Below are positions 48,169 to 61,288 of a stretch of DNA of 64,000 nt, piece by piece. The stretch is from Fimbriosthenelais zetlandica (Eukaryota). The stretch lies in the NCBI GenBank assembly GCA_977030845.1, contig OZ365112.1, positions 14,570,001 through 14,634,000 on the forward strand. The letters are read 5' to 3'. The translations under genes were made by a program, and so were the position numbers. The number at the start of each line of letters is the position of its first letter. Positions within the stretch are counted from its first letter, which is position 1. The notes under the pieces were generated by a model that was given only the letters and a program-made list of their open reading frames with translations, was not told where the DNA came from and did no database searches.

Positions 48169-48596
48169 CGGCGGCCATCTTGAAAATCTTTAGTTCCCGA
48201 ATCTTCCGTCGTAAACAAGGCTTAAGTGGAAGAGGGCGCTAAAGGGATCGATCTAAAACGGAGATAGGGTTAGTTTTTCGTCTCTATCCCGTGAAAAATG
48301 AGAATATTTTGTTTTAAAAGGATATGATAGTAGCATTGCAAAGACAGGAGTGATCTAGGAGTGGAATCCCCTCAATTTATTGTTTATTTTTTTCGTAGGA
48401 GGCCATCAAGTGGATGGGAATGAAGCGACACTACCGCCCTCCCGGCAGGCGGCGAAAACCTGAACTGAGGCTTGTGCCATCCGGTAAACACGGCGGCCAT
48501 CTTGAAAATCTTTAGTTCCCGAATCTTCCGTCGATGAACAAGGCTTAAGTGGGAGAGGGCGCTACAGGGATCGATCTGAACCGGAGATAGGGTTAG
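48169..48596. repeat. Two ~105-bp dispersed copies (48169-48273 and 48491-48596) of a GC-rich module
   Basis: Direct alignment, roughly 90% identical; both copies contain GGCGGCCATCTT and TAGGGTTAG. Confidence 0.9.
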
Positions 48597-51522
48597 CAAA
48601 GATCTCCACTATCTTTGGTGACAATGTCAGGCGACAAAGGGCCTTACTATTACTGACAAGCGACATTTGGGTGGTATTTTTACAGACAAACAGTCATAAG
48701 ATTCGATAAATAACTTTTGCAAAAAGAATGGGAGTTTGAGATTGTAAAAGTCGAGGTCTGACTGGATCCTGATTATCTCTGATTTCTGGAATTTTATGTA
48801 TTGTAGGTTTTTCCTCATTTTGTTTGATAGAGGACAAAAAAACAATCATTTACGGCGATTCTACTGACATAGCCACAAATATAGCCTAGGCTACTTATAC
48901 TGAAAAATAAGGCAACATTTTATGACAATTAATTTAACTGATAAAACAATGAGCCCCTTATAACCCTCTTAGAGAGACTTCCATCTCTACCATGTACGAT
49001 ACCAAGGTAGGGATGGATATACTGGCTACTAAAACTAAAAGGTCTGATAATGATTCAGGCTGCGGAGCACATACCTAGCTGCTAGGCGACTAATAGATAT
49101 AGGCCAGGTAGCCAACACGTCTGAAATTTATGGTGACAAAATCCAGTCAAATATCCATGTTATGTAGACTACAATATCCATCTATTTTATTAGTGCAAAA
49201 TAGGTAGGCATATACTGGAAATGTACCGGTACCACAAGTCTACATGACTGCACAAAAATACAGCCATTAGATGCGAATGCTGTACGTTAGTCATACTTTT
49301 ATCGACAATTATTGGTAATGTTCTCTAGTTATACCGTACACAAACACTTTGACCTGATAACATATATAGATAAATAGGCCTACCTGCCCAGGGTAACCTG
49401 GCATATATAAGGTACCCGTATATACAGGTATATATATAATTGTGACAGAGCTATCAATTAATTTACACACATAGATGCTATTTGGCTCAATAGGACTACA
49501 TCTCACCTCCTCTGGATGATATTACTCATACAACTGCTGATATAATGCCCACATGGGTCTTATCACAGGTTGTAAAATAGCATGTACGGGTACGTTACCG
49601 GTACCTGAACAAAGGTACCGTATCCCATGCATTAACACTCAGCCTTTAACACTCTCAATGTTCCTCAGCAGGTACTCTTTTAAAAAACTGACTTTTTGGT
49701 TAAAGTAGAAAAGCAGTCAAACTTAAAACTGATTTCATGTTTTTCATAATACAGTATGGTCTTACAGCATTATGCAGATTTCTTAAATACCCGCATCTTT
49801 ATTTAGTAGGCCTAGGCCTACGGTATATATTGAGAATGGCATGCCATATATTGTAAGCTCACTCGTGATCTCATTTTTTCTATCAAAATTTAAATTTAGA
49901 TCTACAAATGTCGGTACGGTACCGTACATGCAGGCTTATATTTGCAAAAAGTTTAATACCTTTTGCGTAAGTGGCATAGGCCTGGGATTAAAATAAATTT
50001 AATCTTAGGCCCTAACTAAGGGCATGAGCAAGGAGACAATATTATAAGTGGCATGCCACTCAAATTTCAACTAGTTAAAGGTATAACTAGCTAAAATCAT
50101 ACTCAATCTTGTATTAGGCACCTACAATACAAACAGTATCATTAGTGAGAATAGGGTTCTGATATGGATTTTCCACTTTGTAAGGGCAGTGAAATTTATA
50201 ATTAATACCGTATTCAAATGATCAATTACAGCTAAGACAACACACTTAGGCTATAAAGGTAAAATATACACCAGAACCACAATAATAATTTGACTGGCAG
50301 TTTTATGGGTTTTTTTTTCTTTCAACCCACGTTATTTTCCACTGGTAAGTGCTACGGGATAGCAATTTTAGCTATTATATAGCAATTCAAGGGCTTTTCT
50401 GCCACAGACCAGATTACACAGAGTTTAAAACATTTTGTTGACAAAAATCAAGGCAAAAAAGCTAACAAGAACGATCTACCACCTCATCGGCCTGTAGCTT
50501 TTGTGACTCAGGCCTTTTTCTGATTGACTGACGGATTTAGTGAAGTTTTAATCCAGACTAGTATGTACATGTACAACACAATATATTTGTGCAAAAAACA
50601 GATACCGGGTATTTAAAATTATTTTTCTTGAAGACACATCCTTCCACACAAATTAAAATAATTGAACCGTAGCTAGCACAAAATAATCATACCTTAACTC
50701 AAATGAAACTGAGGGACGTTATGGAACTGCTCAACAGTAATGTATATGTTCAACTAATTCTAAGAAGACAGATGAAGGGCTCTTGCCACAGATATTGCCA
50801 TCTTTCACTATTTTTCTAAATAGATTTTTGTTTTCAGAAAAGGTTTGTATAGAAAATAATAGCGCTTGGGATCACCAATAAATCACAAACACATTATTCG
50901 TTCTCCCAATCACAAATGAAAAACAGAATGAAAAGATCTCACCACAGGATAACACCTAGACTGATTATCACATCTAGTAATTGGGTCCCTAACCAAAGCT
51001 ACAGATCAGAGTTGGATATCTCCAACAGAACAGGCAAAATAATAAATTTAGATTTCAATAACAGGATAAAAATTATACAGACCTGTGATTATATAAAAAT
51101 AAAATAGAACAATATTTATCACATCTAATCAATGATTCCAAAAACCATAACCTTTTCTATTCTAAAGAGGAAAGGAGGCAGACTCCCCTGGATATATTCA
51201 TAGATATGGATCAAAAATCCTTTGTATAATATATTGTCAGACAAATATGAAATAAATTCAACAAATTAAAAAGACATGGGCCCTTTAAATATATAAGGTA
51301 CAATATAAGCAGGGAATACAGAGGTGACATCCCACACATATCCACGTTTAATCTTTTTCCTATCTGAAGTAGAGGGTATTAATAGAGCATACACACTACT
51401 GGTACTCATGTATAACTGATAAAAAAATATAAGTGCTCTTTAGCCCCATGTTCCTGGGATCCTCTATCCCAGAAGAACCTTTCCATATATAATCAATAAT
51501 GCCGTCAGCATCAAGTCTCGAT

Positions 51523-54129
51523 TTACACGCGCTTTTTGTCCACACCAAAATTGAGTCGGAGCTGCTCAAAGAACATAAATGTGAGCACAGTATGTGGTCC
51601 CAGGCGAACAAATGCAGGAACAAACCCCTGAAAAAACAATGATAAAAGATAGATTATTCCAAGTCGTGTTGTGCAGATAGTATATTATCTGTATACATAC
51701 ATGTATCTAAATGTATGGAAATCTTACCTTGAAGAAGCCAAGTGGTCCATTTTTGGCAATATCTTTTGCACAGTGTAGAAGAGTCTGCAATGATATTAAA
51801 AAATGCTAAAGAGATAACACAGGATATTATCATTATCAAATCATTTAGCTGTTAATATGATACCATATATGGAGTCATGAAAAGATAAAGATAAAACATA
51901 GTAAGATAAGTAAGATAAAACCATATATAAAACTTACTGGATACTGTCCTGGTTTTGCATTCATCACTCGTGTTTTCATGACATCGAGTGGCATGGTGAT
52001 TAAAGTGGCTGTAGCACCCTGTTCAAATATTAAATTGATAAATAAGATTTATAATCGTTACTTTGGTAGAAAATCTAACTTTGTGAGATTTCTAATAGGT
52101 AGAAAATCTAACTTTGTTCAATATATAATATCTCTGTCGTCCGATATAAAGTTTTGAATTTGAATGTTATATATGAAGCAAATATCTAAATGGACTATTC
52201 GTTATCAATTGGCATATAGAAATGCGAGACAAAACTTACAGCAAGGAAACTGGCAGTGAAGTGAGTTAGCATATTATCTTTGAAGAGCCCTGTCTGTAGG
52301 AGCATTTGTTTATACTGGTCATAGAATGATAACTGAAATTGTAAAAAAACAAGTGTAAATTATATGTGTATATGCACGGAATTTCATGCATGTGTTCATT
52401 ATAAATGCTTAAAATCTCAAGGACAAAACCTAGATACATCATGATTATGTGTATAAAATTATAGTATCAGTAATATATTCTGTTTATCAGTAATATGATA
52501 ATTAATCAGTAATATTTTGACCATCCATTCAATCGTTATTTACCTGGCCAACCGTAACAAACACAGCTCTTGATGAGGCCATAGTAGCACCAGAAAATAG
52601 TTTGCTGGGACCTTCATGTTTATATACCCGGTACAATCCGTCCACAGCATGCTTGTAACTGAAAACATCATAGAGATAAAGTCACGGGAGGTAGAAGAAA
52701 AAAATACGGTACTTACATGCACAGTGCAAGTTTATATCAAAACATTATAAATCAACAAAATTTCAGCACACATGTGTTCTATCTTCGTCTAGTCACCCCT
52801 CAAAGTGGTATCATTATACCTCAATCTATACTATTAAAATACTGCTAGGGCACGTAATATTCCTGATCAGGAAACCCAACTTACTTCCTCCTCTTGTCCA
52901 CTGGTAATTTCACATCATTTTGCATCCTTTAAAAGAAAAATGTCTCTGAAACAATCTTACACATCACAAAGTATTCTACAATTAAAAGTAATTTAGTAAT
53001 GGGATTTAAATATTGATTCTTTTCTTGTATCGAGGCAAACTGACCTAACATTGACCATATCAGCAGGCGTGCCAACAAGACCACCACAAGCACCTGCAAC
53101 GCTCCCTAACAAGACTTTCTGGTAGAAGGGCATTGGCACACCAGAATCAGAGAGTGAGTCCTTTACTGTCTCATAGATGGCGAATCGTGTCATGGAGTAG
53201 GTACACTAGAGAGAATAAAAGCCATTATTCAGTGATATGTAGGAAAGCTGGATTTATCTAATATCTAATCCATTGTGTTTGGATGGATGTATCTATGGAA
53301 GAATGGATGGATGGATGGATGAATGAATGATTGTTGCCAAAAATTAATGATGTTCACAAATGATAATCATACAATTGACATTTTAAGATCATCATGATTG
53401 GATCGATTACAAACATTTTATTCCAATACAAAACAAGTCAATTAATGAAAAGAAACCATGAGTAACATTAAAGTTTGTGAACATAACTTTGTCAGATTCA
53501 TAAACATCTATCACTTACTCTGTTACTTCCAGGAATACCTTAGGGTTTCAATCAAACAGTAAAAATCTAAGTGCGCTGCAGTAGGCCTATTCCAATAGTG
53601 AGAACATATTTCTCAGATAATTATGAAAGTCCAAAACTACCTATCTTGTTTAATACAGACATCTAATGATCAATTAATAATTATCAGTTAAGTTACCTGT
53701 CGAAGGAGCGAAGCGGAGAGACCATTGTAGAGTGCTAGAAAGCCATAATTACGAACAACTTGTACTCCCATCCCAACCAGACGCATGTTGCCAGATTGCT
53801 GAGTTTGTAGGTGAACCTAAATGAGCAATAGGAAAGTAGAATTTTTCACATGGATCAAGTCTAGGCCTACCCTCAAATCTGAAAAAATATAAAAGGGTCG
53901 ATGGCTTCACTATATTTTAATTAGGCCATTAAATCCTACTGATCAGATCTAGCTAATTAAAACTTCAATATACCAAGTACGAACATTATTTTCATGAAAA
54001 TAGGAAAATAAGAATATCCGCAATTCTTACCTTGAGCAGATCGAGTGGATGTGTGCAGCAAGCTGCGCCAGCACTTGCAACACCCCCAAAATACCATCGT
54101 CCTTGTTTTTCAATTGGTTTATTTGCCAT
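51523..54129 (-). CDS. SLC25A10: Mitochondrial dicarboxylate carrier. Coding exons 54031-54129, 53697-53816, 53045-53205, 52885-52926, 52544-52658, 52240-52332, 51938-52018, 51728-51784, 51523-51627; a non-coding leader exon ends at 54801
   Basis: RWYFGGVASAGAACCTHPLDLLKVHLQTQ, TYSMTRFAIYE, GTPADMVNVRMQND, MPLDVMKTRVMN, GFVPAFVRLGPHTVLTFMFFEQLR. Three carrier signature repeats are present and phases close. Confidence 0.95.
53303..53330. repeat. (GGAT)n/(GAAT)n microsatellite
   Basis: Direct inspection. Confidence 0.85.
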
Positions 54130-54800
54130 TTTCTAGTCTCTGATGCTTGGCAAACTTAATTCGTCTTTATCAGTCTCTGCAAAAAAATGAAATATAGATC
54201 TAGTAGGGCATATTATTGTCTCTATTAGTATTACTATTAGTATTAGGATAATTAGCCTACAGGCCTACAGGTATATAGATCTAGGCCTATTAATTTGTGG
54301 AACTTTACTCGTCCACCAACAAACATGTACCGGGTATAGAATCTATTTATTTTAGTCCAAATATAGGCCTATATGTAGGTTAATGCCCAGTGGTGGTCGA
54401 CTAAATTTAGACTAAATTTGTTTACATTTACTTACTGTAACGTAGCCTCTACACTCTACCTAACTACAGTCTACTCCTAAATTCTTTTTTTTACTGTCAA
54501 CATCACAGACATCATGATAGCAAAACAATAAATCAAAAATCATGGATGGGAAACTGATATAACTGTTCTTGTAACAGCAACTTTAGTTAGCTATGCATTA
54601 TGGTCTATGCTGCCCTCCCTGACTGATGGTTTGACTACGTGTAAACAATACTGTACCCATGCACTGAGGACGAGTTGGGGGAGGGGACGCTTCAGCTCAG
54701 GGTCATTTCAATTTCGCCTGATAAATACAATAATTTTGATTAGACATCGAACTGCGTCATCAACAGCATACCTAGACTGATAAATCAAACACAAACCTAC

Positions 54801-55150
54801 CTTGCATGCATGAATTCTTTCTTAAGTTTCCCGGGCACAGCAGGAAAACGGCTTAGCAGGACTGGATGTAAGTGGATTTACTAGAAAATATAAAGGTCAC
54901 TGAGGGTCAAGGCCGGGTCAATAGACAGATGAAAACATAGCTCCTGATTGGTCCAAAATCTGTTACGGCGCATCCGCACATTTACATTTTTTCCCCAATT
55001 TGGTCGGCAGTTTCTTGCAGTCAGATATGAAACGGTTAAATTGACCCTAGTATAAAGCCATGAAAGTTATTATCTTATGAAATAATCGTATGTACAAATA
55101 CTCAGAATATAGCAGTTTGCATTCAGCCATTGATCAAGGACAACAACATT
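54801..55150. promoter_or_regulatory. Bidirectional promoter between SLC25A10 and TFAM
   Basis: The SLC25A10 leader-exon donor (54799-54800) lies about 350 bp from the TFAM ATG; inverted CCAAT at 54947-54951. Confidence 0.6.
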
Positions 55151-58100
55151 ATGGCGGGGTTGAACTGTCTACGAAGTTCGCGTAGACTTTTCCACCTCAA
55201 TCTCCAAGGTGCAAGGTAGGCTTATAGGCTACATAGTAAATCATTATTTCGCGGTGTTTTGATTAAAAAGACAGACGTTTTCTTGCATAAAAAGGGCCAT
55301 ATTTTACCAAATCCTCTATTATCGCTCAATGGCATCTCTCTGACTAACTCGAAAATGTACCTTCAGAAATGTACCTTCAGAATGGTCAGTATGTACCAAT
55401 AGGTAATGAGACCATCTGAGGTGTGATTATACGTAACTCCTCCAAAACCGCTGGACGGATTGCTCCGATTTTTTTTTACAGGGCTATACTTTTATACAGT
55501 GGCATTTGTTTTCACCATAGTTTGCCTCCAAAAACCCTGGAGAAGATATACTTTTTTCCATGGTTTTTGAGATTTTTTCCGAACTATCGCCGCGGCGGTG
55601 GGTGTGTGACGTCACAGGAAGTTTGTGTGCACAACTTCCTATGACGTTGTGCACAACTTCCCATGACGTTGTGCACAACTTCCTATGATGTCACAGGAAG
55701 TTGTGCACAGTATTTTGTGTGACGTCATCAGAAAGCGCGGTATTTCCCCAGCGCACTGTTCCCTCCCATCGGTGACGTCATCGGTAGTTGTAAGCCTATT
55801 TAGCCTATAGGCCATACCACTACTAAATGGCCTCGTGGCTTATTCGACAAATAGTTTCTCTGGATGAAAGGATAGGCCTATGCCCTATGCTAATTTTCTG
55901 ATAGGCCTATTTTGCTTTTACCTGTTTTGAGGATTAAAAATGTTAAAATTTAGAAAATAATCCCACACACTCCTAATGCGCTTTAGGTATGTCTTTGTAG
56001 GCCTACCACACAGTTAGGCCTAAAGATATAGGCCTAATATTTTTTTGAAACATTTACAGTGTAGGCTAAGGCCTACTTTTAAGTTTAGCCGGTGTCATAG
56101 GCACTCACTATTTCTGATGGCAAATCTTCGAGCTAATATATCACAAATGGAAATAGGCCTAGGCTAGGGGTCCTTGGCTATTGTTAGGCTTAGAAATGAA
56201 TAGGCCTCCATCTTTAGGCTAATTGTCAAGGTGTTTATTATTCTATCTGAATATCTTTATTTATTAAATTTTTACCTGTTTCAATTTTATATGAATAAAT
56301 CATATAAGTCCATTTCCCTGCTATATTGCCAATAGTTATAATCATAATGTGTGCGCCTGGGACCGTATGCTTCAAGCCAGAAGCTGCCACTTCCACTCCA
56401 TTGACCTAGCCTACCCTTAGAAATTATATAACTTTCCAATTCAATTGTATAGATGCACGTCTCTATACAGACCCTAAACATTTCTATAACAACTTCTAAT
56501 TGGTCTCGACCTATACATAAACAAAAACGGCCACCCGTGTAATAAATTGGCTTAATGGGCCTACTTACAATAATTAAACTATAGTACCGTACTCATAGGG
56601 GTGATCCACCGAGCTTACTTATTAAGCTTAATCTTTGCCGTTTGTCATTTTACAGAATTTGTGTGCCTGTCCAGAACTTGGCGATCAAAACGGGAAATGT
56701 TCCTCAGAAGCCTAAGCGACCGAACGGGTCTTCATATATGGCATTCTTCAATATGATCCGGCCTGAAATACTGAAGGAAAATCCAGGTTAGTATGACCTA
56801 CTCCTAGAAATTTTCCATTAATTGTGTTGGCTGGGCCTGTGACATGACAGGCATCTAAAATAACTCGTAATAGTTGAGTTCTGATGCATAAAGATGCCTT
56901 TCATCTTCAGGTATGAAAGTAACAGAATCAGGTCGGTTAGCAGGGCAGAGGTGGAAGCTTCTCTCTGAGGAAGAAAAAGAGGCAAGTCATTAACACCTTA
57001 TATGTGTCTCTTTTACCGTATATGTTTCAGCACGATATTCTAAGTGATTTCATGCCTTACCGTTTAAGGGAACATGGAATTTCTATGTCTAATTTCTTAT
57101 GTCCTTGTTTATATTTAAATATCAACAGAAATACAAGCCAACAGAAGAAGGTATGGATGAATATAAAACGGCTTTGATGAAATGGAAAGAAAGTTTATCA
57201 GACGAACATATTGCACTCCTCAAAGAGAAGGAGGACAGAAAGAAAAGACTGCGTTTTAAGAAGGTAACAATGATCACACAATACATTCGGTTAACAGTTT
57301 TTTTTAGTCAAATCCATTTTGTTAATGAAATGTAGCATTTTTATTTATTTTTTGTTATAGAGTTGTTGGGGGACATTTATTTTATGAATTTTAATATTAA
57401 ATAAAATCTAGATGGAGGTTTTATTTCCAATATGGCAATGATAGTCATATTATAGGTTACTATAGTATCGTATGTGATTGTTCATTTGTTTCTTTACCTC
57501 AAGCGAGTGCAAATGCTGGGAAAACCCCCAAAGCCCACGATGAATGGTTTTCTTTACTATGTGAAATCAAAGCCCATTGAACGTGGGGACGCACCCATCA
57601 CGGTAGGACCTCCTAATCTGTACAAAGTTATTTTTCTTGTCTATATACAACCGATTTAGCATATATAAATAGCTGGACAGGTTTGTTATAATATTTGGTA
57701 AAATTATTCTCTTTTGCTTGCAGTTGTATGTCCGGGGTCTTGCACAGCAGTGGAGTAAAATGGCAGTTGATGACAAAGAGGTCAGTATATTTTCAACAAT
57801 CGTCGTCAGTCTCCTAAATAATATGCATTTAAAATTTCTGTATATTATCATCGTCCTGAAATTTGGAAATGTTTTTAAGTCTATTTGCAGTCTACATGTA
57901 TTCCCAATCAATGACTTTCCACATTTATTTCAGCCATTTGAGGCAGAAGCTAAAAGGGTGAAAACTGAATATTTCCATAAACTGGACGCATGGGAAAAGG
58001 AAATGATTGCAGCTGGAAATTATGATGTTGTTCGCAAAGTGAGCCTGCCTGCAAACATTGATCGGAAAACTCTTAAACCCAAGGTTCCTAAGCGCCGGGC

Positions 58101-58263
58101 CAAGAAAGCCACCCCAAAGGCAAAGAAACGTGCAAAAGCTGGCAAGAGGAAAACAAAGACAGGGTCAAAAAGTAAGACAGTGACAAGCAAAAAGGCAAAA
58201 ACTAAAACTGTCGAGGCTGGTCGGGCAGTGGATGAGGACGTGTCATGGATGAGAGCAGAATAA
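55151..58263 (+). CDS. TFAM: Mitochondrial transcription factor A (two HMG boxes). Exons 55151-55215, 56656-about 56788, 56911-56981, 57129-about 57263, 57504-57602, 57724-57780, 57934-58263
   Basis: Arg/Ser/Leu-rich presequence, HMG1 PQKPKRPNGSSYMAFF..WKLLSEEEKE, HMG2 LGKPPKPTMNGFLYYV..WSKMAVDDKEPF, and AWEKEMIAAGNYDVVR matching the TFAM WEEQM..GR.DL.R signature. Confidence 0.9.
55607..55780. repeat. 22-bp tandem array (gtgcacaacttcctatgacgtt x3) with inverted partial copies and three TGACGTCA palindromes in TFAM intron 1
   Basis: Units at 55627, 55649 and 55671; inverted acaggaagttgtgcac at 55693; TGACGTCA at 55607, 55720 and 55773. Confidence 0.85.
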
Positions 58264-59802
58264 AATTCAAGCTTTCTTTTGTACTTTAGTTAAGATAACA
58301 CAAGGTTTAATTTAGTGAAAGGTTTAATTTAGTGCTTTTGCAAGTGTGAATGAGGAAGAGGTAGAGGGTGTTGATATATATTTGATAAAAGTCAAGTTGT
58401 AAGTGGAGGAGCTTTAGTTTTCAAAGGAGAATTCATATATATAAATATGGGAAAGACATTAATACATCATATAATTATATTTACCTAATATGCTATATAT
58501 ACATTTAAACGGAGATGTTTTGAATGCGACATAAAAATGTCATACATTAAAAATCTGTACTAAATGAACATTGTATGGAAATAAACATAGTAGATCCCAG
58601 TTTAATCTGTTTTATTGCACTTTTCACTGAGTTATACATTCCATGGCTATGTTCAATGGACATGTTTGTAAACCTACAAGGCACTGAATTCTGCATTCTT
58701 TGAATCTACCATGCACATATATACTTGTAAATCTCCGGCAATGGAAACTGTACACACACTCACACACCCCGACGAGTACAGCTATTGACCAGTTTCTGCA
58801 CTAACGTATACATGTAATATAATTATACATATAATTATACATGTAATAAGACGAGAATATGGTAGTAGAAAATCGGATCTGACTATTAAATGAACCCGGT
58901 TCTTGATTTTCGTATTCGCTGCCATCGTCACTCGATATACCGTACCGTATATGATTTTTGTCGGTTTAGTTCCTAACAAAGGGAGTATCTACTGATGAAG
59001 TAGCGCAAAACCAACAAGATTTTAGAATTAACCTCGTATAAAGCATAATTCATAAAATAAGAACGAAAAATGATCAAGAGCTGCCATATCTTATTCTTTC
59101 GATATTTCCATCTCGCCACCTTTTGTTACCAAACATTTATACTTGTATCCAATCTCATAATTTAAGTTAACTCTTAAGTTTGTTAGGGCAAGAATAAATA
59201 ACTAGCCATATCAGCTATCCAGCACCCTCACACAATTATTTTGCCATTATAGATACTGAGCAGGAAAGAAATGTCCTTATGATTTTTCACCCTTAGCCAA
59301 AATGAAGTAGCGGTTCTAGTTAAAGACATAAATCGCTATACAAAAGCGATATATGGTGAGGCGAAGTACACTGCGGAATATCTTGGCATGGAAAAGCAGA
59401 AGTATAAAATTTGATATCCTTGGTGAATATATTATGATGGTAAAATGGAAAAAAAATATACATGTACAGGTGTACAATCCTTAACAAAATTAATGCTGGT
59501 TAAAGCGAGTCCCAAGTAATATACTATTACATGTTTATCTATTTTACAAAGGATATTTTTTCAATATCTGGACTCATCAAATCACTGATACTTGAAAAGT
59601 TTAAAAGACGTGCTTGTAATAAAAGACGTGCTTGTAAACTGGACGTTTTTAGTAAGCACTTCAATAAAGACCTAATATATCTGTTTTCTAATAAGAAGGC
59701 ACACACAACCCTGTAAAAATAATTATCTTAAACGAAAGGCAGTCAGATCAATTAACGGTTATTATTTATAATGGCAATATTATCAGTTGTGACTTTTCAG
59801 AA

Positions 59803-61288
59803 TCATTCGAAAAGCAAGCAGATGAGATGCGAGAAAACGAAAGCGAAAAAATAAAGAGTAAAGTCGTCGACCGCAGCAGTGATGGTGCCCACAATGGACT
59901 TGTAGGAGTGTACGACATCGTTTCTCACTCCAGAGAGCAGCAGGGTTGAAAGCCACAAGCCTCCTCGTACATTAGCTCCAAATTCCTGTAAGAAGAACGC
60001 AGTTGATTTACATGGGGACAGATGGATAGCAGCTTGAATTATTTAATACGTGCGAACATATCTGAAATAAATGTCAATACAAAAGGTCGTCAGACATATA
60101 AGTGGCATAGTTACCATCCCTGCAGCTCGCATGTATCCTATGTATGCAATTTCAAGGAACACAAACGGGTTCATAATTGACTGAAATAGAAATAAGAGCT
60201 TAGATAAAATACAGAATAATTGATGTTATATCATATATAATATGCCAACTGTTAAACTCAGAATTTGAAATGCAACTTATACCGAAGTAATTTTAGAATT
60301 TAGCTAAATTAGAAATAACACAAAAGATTAGAACAGGATTTTTAGATTCACCTGAACGAATCGGCGACCAAATGAATACATAAGAGAGACTCTGACGATG
60401 ACCCCAAGGATGATGCATAGAAAGTATCGGACCCGCATGAAACTTGTGCTGGGTGCCTTCTGTCGATCAAATGCTTCAGTTTCATGAGTAGTTGTTAGCA
60501 TTGGATTTGTAGGCCTACTCGTGTTCTGGCCGAGAACACCTGGTCTTGGTTGCCTTTCTGCAAAGACATCCTGATCTCTGTTTCTTAGATCAGAAAATCT
60601 GTCAAACATCTGGGATTCGTTGAAATTATGGGCAAACTGTCCAGTCTGTCTCTGGTTGATCCTGTCTGTGTTAGGCCCATTGTATACCTGGCTTTGAGAA
60701 GGTTGCTGTGGGGTTTCTGTTTGGAAAATTAGAGAAACATTAGGAGAAATTTTAGAGCATCAAAAATAGGAGCATCAAGGTCAGTCATGTAAAAACACGA
60801 TCAAGATAGGATTTTAGTATTTTTAGTACTCTACTAGTCTCTAGCCTTGTCATAATGTCATGGGAAATAATTGACATATGTCATAATTTTGCAAAAGGCT
60901 ATTTTATCGCCATCCCCTTCGGACCTACATTAAGTAAGTCTGTAAGAAACTTCTTTGATCATTGACACACAATATTAAATTATGTTACAGTAGGCCTACT
61001 CATGATCATGCGTCCTACAACATTTTCCCTTATCACTAGGCCTATCACTGCCTATAGTACTATGTCTATGGTAAAAACCTCAATTATCGCCCCTAAACCC
61101 CAAGAGAAAATTGCTTAAAATTAATTGCATATTTTACCTTCTAGTGTGTTGTTGTGTCCCATTAACTTTCTCATTCTTTCATTGGGGTCTGCTAATAGTT
61201 TCCTCCGACGCATTTCTCGTCGTTTTGTCGCCGCATTCGCTGCATTTTCCATCACTTCTGTCGTCATCTCGTCTGCTTGTAAATTCAT
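59803..61288 (-). CDS. CAMLG: Calcium-modulating cyclophilin ligand / GET2-type tail-anchored insertase subunit. Exons 61138-61288, 60352-60716, 60115-60180, 59803-59985
   Basis: N-terminal basic RREMRRRKLLADPNERMRKLMG (TRC40-binding motif) and three C-terminal TM segments ending LLLSGV..DDFTLYFFAFVFSHL. Phases close. Confidence 0.88.

Noticed and set aside
55627-55692. 22-bp array as CRISPR-like
   Set aside because: No unique spacers, a eukaryotic intron context and no cas genes; it is a minisatellite.
60001-60061. Acceptor-like site at 60062 as an extra CAMLG exon
   Set aside because: Stops in all three frames; CAMLG closes correctly with the exon starting at 59985.
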